Assembly (NCBI GenBank): GCA_964188305.1
Contig: OZ076894.1
Length of the DNA: 64,000 bases
Strand: one strand, 5' to 3'
Source of the DNA: Podarcis bocagei
Taxonomy: Eukaryota
This document shows, in pieces, positions 60,599-64,000 of this stretch. The notes beneath the pieces are model-generated. The model did not search any database and was not told the origin of the DNA. It saw only the letters and a program-made list of their open reading frames with translations. The translations under genes were made by a program, and so were the position numbers. Numbering within the stretch: the stretch's first letter is position 1; each line of letters begins with the position of its first letter.

Positions 60599-62642
60599 GT
60601 AAAATATAAAACACAAATCAGTAACACAGACTCACTTTCCCTATTTCCTGTGCTTTTTGTATATTTGGCATAGAAAAGAAATCACGTAATTGACTCGAAC
60701 CTGGCTCTTCCTATGTTAATCCCCTTTGGCTGCCTATCTGCAAGGCTAAGTCTCGAAGCATGAAAATCTGAGTTTTTATATTATCTAAACTCAAAACCTC
60801 TTATTTTATTTTTAATGTTTTCCCATTTGGGGGAATTGATTATCTTTCACCCTCTAGCCGCAAAGAACATTCTAAGGAGTGAAATAATTTTAGAGAGAGT
60901 TATGTTACTAGGCATGGCCTACTAAATAGGTAACCATTTCCTCCCAATTATATTGTATGCTTGAATTCAACCAATTCTGCCCTACACAATCTGATCAATT
61001 TTTAATCTTGGAATTCAAGCAGCCTAAGAACATAGTTCTTCGGCATCTGTGGCCTTGTTGGTGAGAGGGGAAAGGTCAAGCTTATTTAATTGTATACAGT
61101 TGTGTTAAGAACTGTGAAATAACCACAAACAGAGAGATACAAACACACACATGATTGCTTCCAACCAATGCAACTAATTGTGGATACATAGGATTCAGGT
61201 TAAAACAGCGTACAAATTGTCAAATCACTTCATTTCTCTTATAGTGGCTAGGCTGCTTCTTCTAATTTGCTGTGCTCTTGTGAAGCAGGAATCTGAAACC
61301 TTAGGGGAGGAAAGAAAACATACAAATGCTATTACAGTACACATTTCTAAGCAGCAGGAAGTCTGTAGTAAGTGTCAGATTGATCAGGATTTTACTCTCC
61401 ATATAAACAACTGCTATCAAGTGTACCATGGGAAAAGGTCAGGCATTCATCTATGCTATAATATTTTTACCAATTTAGACTTAGACAAGACTTGATGGGG
61501 AATAAATTATTGAAAACTTTAAACTTGAACCACAAGTAGCTTTAAAAGCAGAACAGCCTTCTACTTTTACATCCTTTCCAAGGAACTTGGATTTGCCAAT
61601 GTACATAAAAATATGATAGGCAAGCTTGAGAAAGATCCGCCGACATTCTGAAAGAAGTGTGTTGGCAGCATATATACATTATAAACCTCAATATGCAAAA
61701 GTACATATGCATATAAAACCACATGTAAGGAAGGAAGTGTGGATACTTAATTGCTATGAATAATGTGTAGCTGTTCAGCTTAATAAACTACAGGTTTGTA
61801 GAGGCGGGCAAGACCAGAGCTCATTTTGCCCTACCTCTTATTCAGAAGTGTGAACATTCATTTATCAGTCCCCCGAATATGAGCTTGTTGAGTTTACATT
61901 ACAAAACAATACAAGCAAAATGTAGCTTTATTGCAGAAAGGCCATTGCAGACCAGTTACACAGTGTAGGTAAAGGTTTACAATAATATAATAGAAGATGA
62001 GTAGGAGCACATGTAATGGAGCATAGAACAAATGGTTAAGGTTCTGTAAATGTGGAGAGTTCAGAAATGCAGGATTTCACTTCCAATAAGAAACTGCCAT
62101 CTAATGTGGTTATGTTGTTATTAAATTGCCCTATTGTATGGCACACTCTTAGCATTGTAATTAAGCATAGAGTGGTAAACGACATTGATACATCTTAAGA
62201 ACACTCCAAAGGAGCATGATGCATTAAATCCTTTATAATCCACATGCATTAAGGTCCCAGGATATCATTTACACCAACTTGTTTAAACACTTAGAAAAAT
62301 AAATGCACACAAATTGCACACGTTTCAACAATTACTGTGAAATAAGAGGCTTCTATGCATTACTGATAGGAACACTTGCCTTTCCAAAACAATATTTGTC
62401 ACTCAAAGTACCTGGAGGTTTACTCAAAATTTATATGTTTAAATTCCTCTGTCATTATGATTTAAGGAAGAATGATAAGCCATAAACGGCAGCAGGCGAC
62501 TTGTTTTAAAAACAATTGTATCCACTCAGAATGAATGAATCTGGGGATCGGTGATGTCAAAAAGACACTTCCACTTGCCACCATAAAAGGTTACAGCTGA
62601 ATTCCACATTATCTGCATTGCTTTTACACCATCACTTTAAAG

Positions 62643-62781
62643 TAGGAATGGGGAATCTGTGACCCTCCAGATTTTACTAGACCCCCAACTCTCATCATCC
62701 TTGAGCACTGACCACACTGGCTGGGGCTGATGAGAGTTGGTGTCCAAGAATATATGGATGACCACAGGTTCCTTTCCCCTT
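62643..62781. mobile_element. Degenerate hAT-type MITE (same family as 44342)
   Basis: aggaatggggaatctgtg / cacaggttcctttcccct termini with an internal palindrome. Confidence 0.7.
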
Positions 62782-63162
62782 CTTTACAGAATACAAGAGT
62801 GCTATATCCTAGGACATTGCAACCTAAAATTCAACACTGCAAAATTATCAAAGTAGAGGTAAGTGGATCCAGGGATAAACACTGAAAAAAATATGTGATT
62901 GTTTTAGACAAATTTATTTAAGCTTGGGCACAGGCTTAACTGCAGTGGGGCATGGGACAAGAACTAGGGGGTTGGGAGCGAACAAGGTAGCTATTGAGAA
63001 GGGATTTGAAGTAAGGAAGCTTGTAACTCATGTTGATACAGAATTCTTAGCGTAGAGAAGAAATCAAAGGATATGTGTTATCAACATATGGTTAATTTTC
63101 TAATATTTTTGACTACGACTTTATCAACCGAGTGGTTGTTTATAGATATGTTTTTAACTCTG

Positions 63163-63164
<2 letters not shown>

Positions 63165-63198
<34 letters not shown>
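63165..63198 (+). repeat. (CA)n microsatellite
   Basis: Direct reading. Confidence 0.95.
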
Positions 63199-63200
<2 letters not shown>

Positions 63201-63679
63201 TATTCCTGATTTATTTGTTTTTGGCCAACTTACATACAGCTCTTTCAGTTAATTCCACTTGTGTGAACTATTAATTGTCAGGACTCAAAACTGCATTATA
63301 TACTAAACCTGGCATCTTGTTCACTTGCTGAATGTTACCACCAAATGCTGTTCAAAGGCAGGAATTAAATGTTCTAGTGCTGGTTTGCTTTTTTTTTGTT
63401 TTTGTTTGTCTGGGGAGGTCGGTTTCCTGGTGGCCTCTGCCACAGAATCACCTTACTACTACTATCTGTGCTGTGCCTTCAATTGCTAACCTGCTCCTTT
63501 TGAATAGGGTGGTGCCAAATTGAGTCAGGTTCTGTCCCCTTGCAACATGTCCTGATTCAAATTAGGGATTGCATCCTGCCTCCACAGCTTGCTCTCTCTT
63601 GCCTAAGCAAGAAACATATTTATCTTGGAAAAAGGGGAAGCCTCAACAAAGCATGCAGACTTACTAGCCAGTTGAATAT

Positions 63680-63866
63680 TGACTAAACATTGGGAGAAAC
63701 ATCTTGATGGTAAGAATAGTTTGGTAATGGAACCAATAACTTAATGTGGTGGTGGGTTCTCTCCAGTGGAAGGTTTTGAAGCAGAGGCTCAACCGCCATG
63801 TTGGGGCTATCTAGATCTGAATTTCCTGTACCAAGCAGAGAGTTAGACGAGATCCCTTCAAACTCA
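63680..63866 (+). mobile_element. CR1 3' fragment
   Basis: ctaaacattgggagaaac...gtggtgggttctctccagtggaaggttttgaagcagaggct...gatcccttcaaactc. Confidence 0.7.
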
Positions 63867-64000
63867 TTTTACACCTGCCCACTATATCTCTTTCATTTCC
63901 TTCCACTGTCACTTCTTCCCTGTGCTGGCTGAAGAAAGTGGCTTATATATCCATGTGCTTCAGATGGAAGTAAAAGAGCCCCTTCCTTTATCACCAGGCT

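Noticed and set aside
1-64000. Prokaryotic systems (CRISPR, operons), rRNA or true tRNA genes
   Set aside because: The sequence is vertebrate. No repeat-spacer arrays are present, and the tRNA-like boxes belong to SINE heads.

Overview
AT-rich vertebrate genomic DNA. The repeat content (Sauria SINEs, CR1, L2, RTE, Penelope-like elements, Tc1/mariner and hAT MITEs) points to a squamate, most likely a lacertid lizard; this is an inference. I found no intact protein-coding gene. The left 13 kb holds a minus-strand, intron-containing pseudogene with about 11 exon remnants. Most have canonical AG/GT splice sites and compatible phases, and many carry in-frame stops or frameshifts. The reconstructed protein is coiled-coil rich and resembles HAUS5 (augmin subunit 5) colinearly, compared from memory only. 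It runs off the left edge. The remaining ~50 kb is intergenic or intronic: transposon remnants, microsatellites, a 144-N assembly gap, two Penelope-derived palindromes with hammerhead ribozyme motifs, DIRS fossils, an unexplained long inverted repeat, and several repeat-free blocks that may be conserved non-coding elements.
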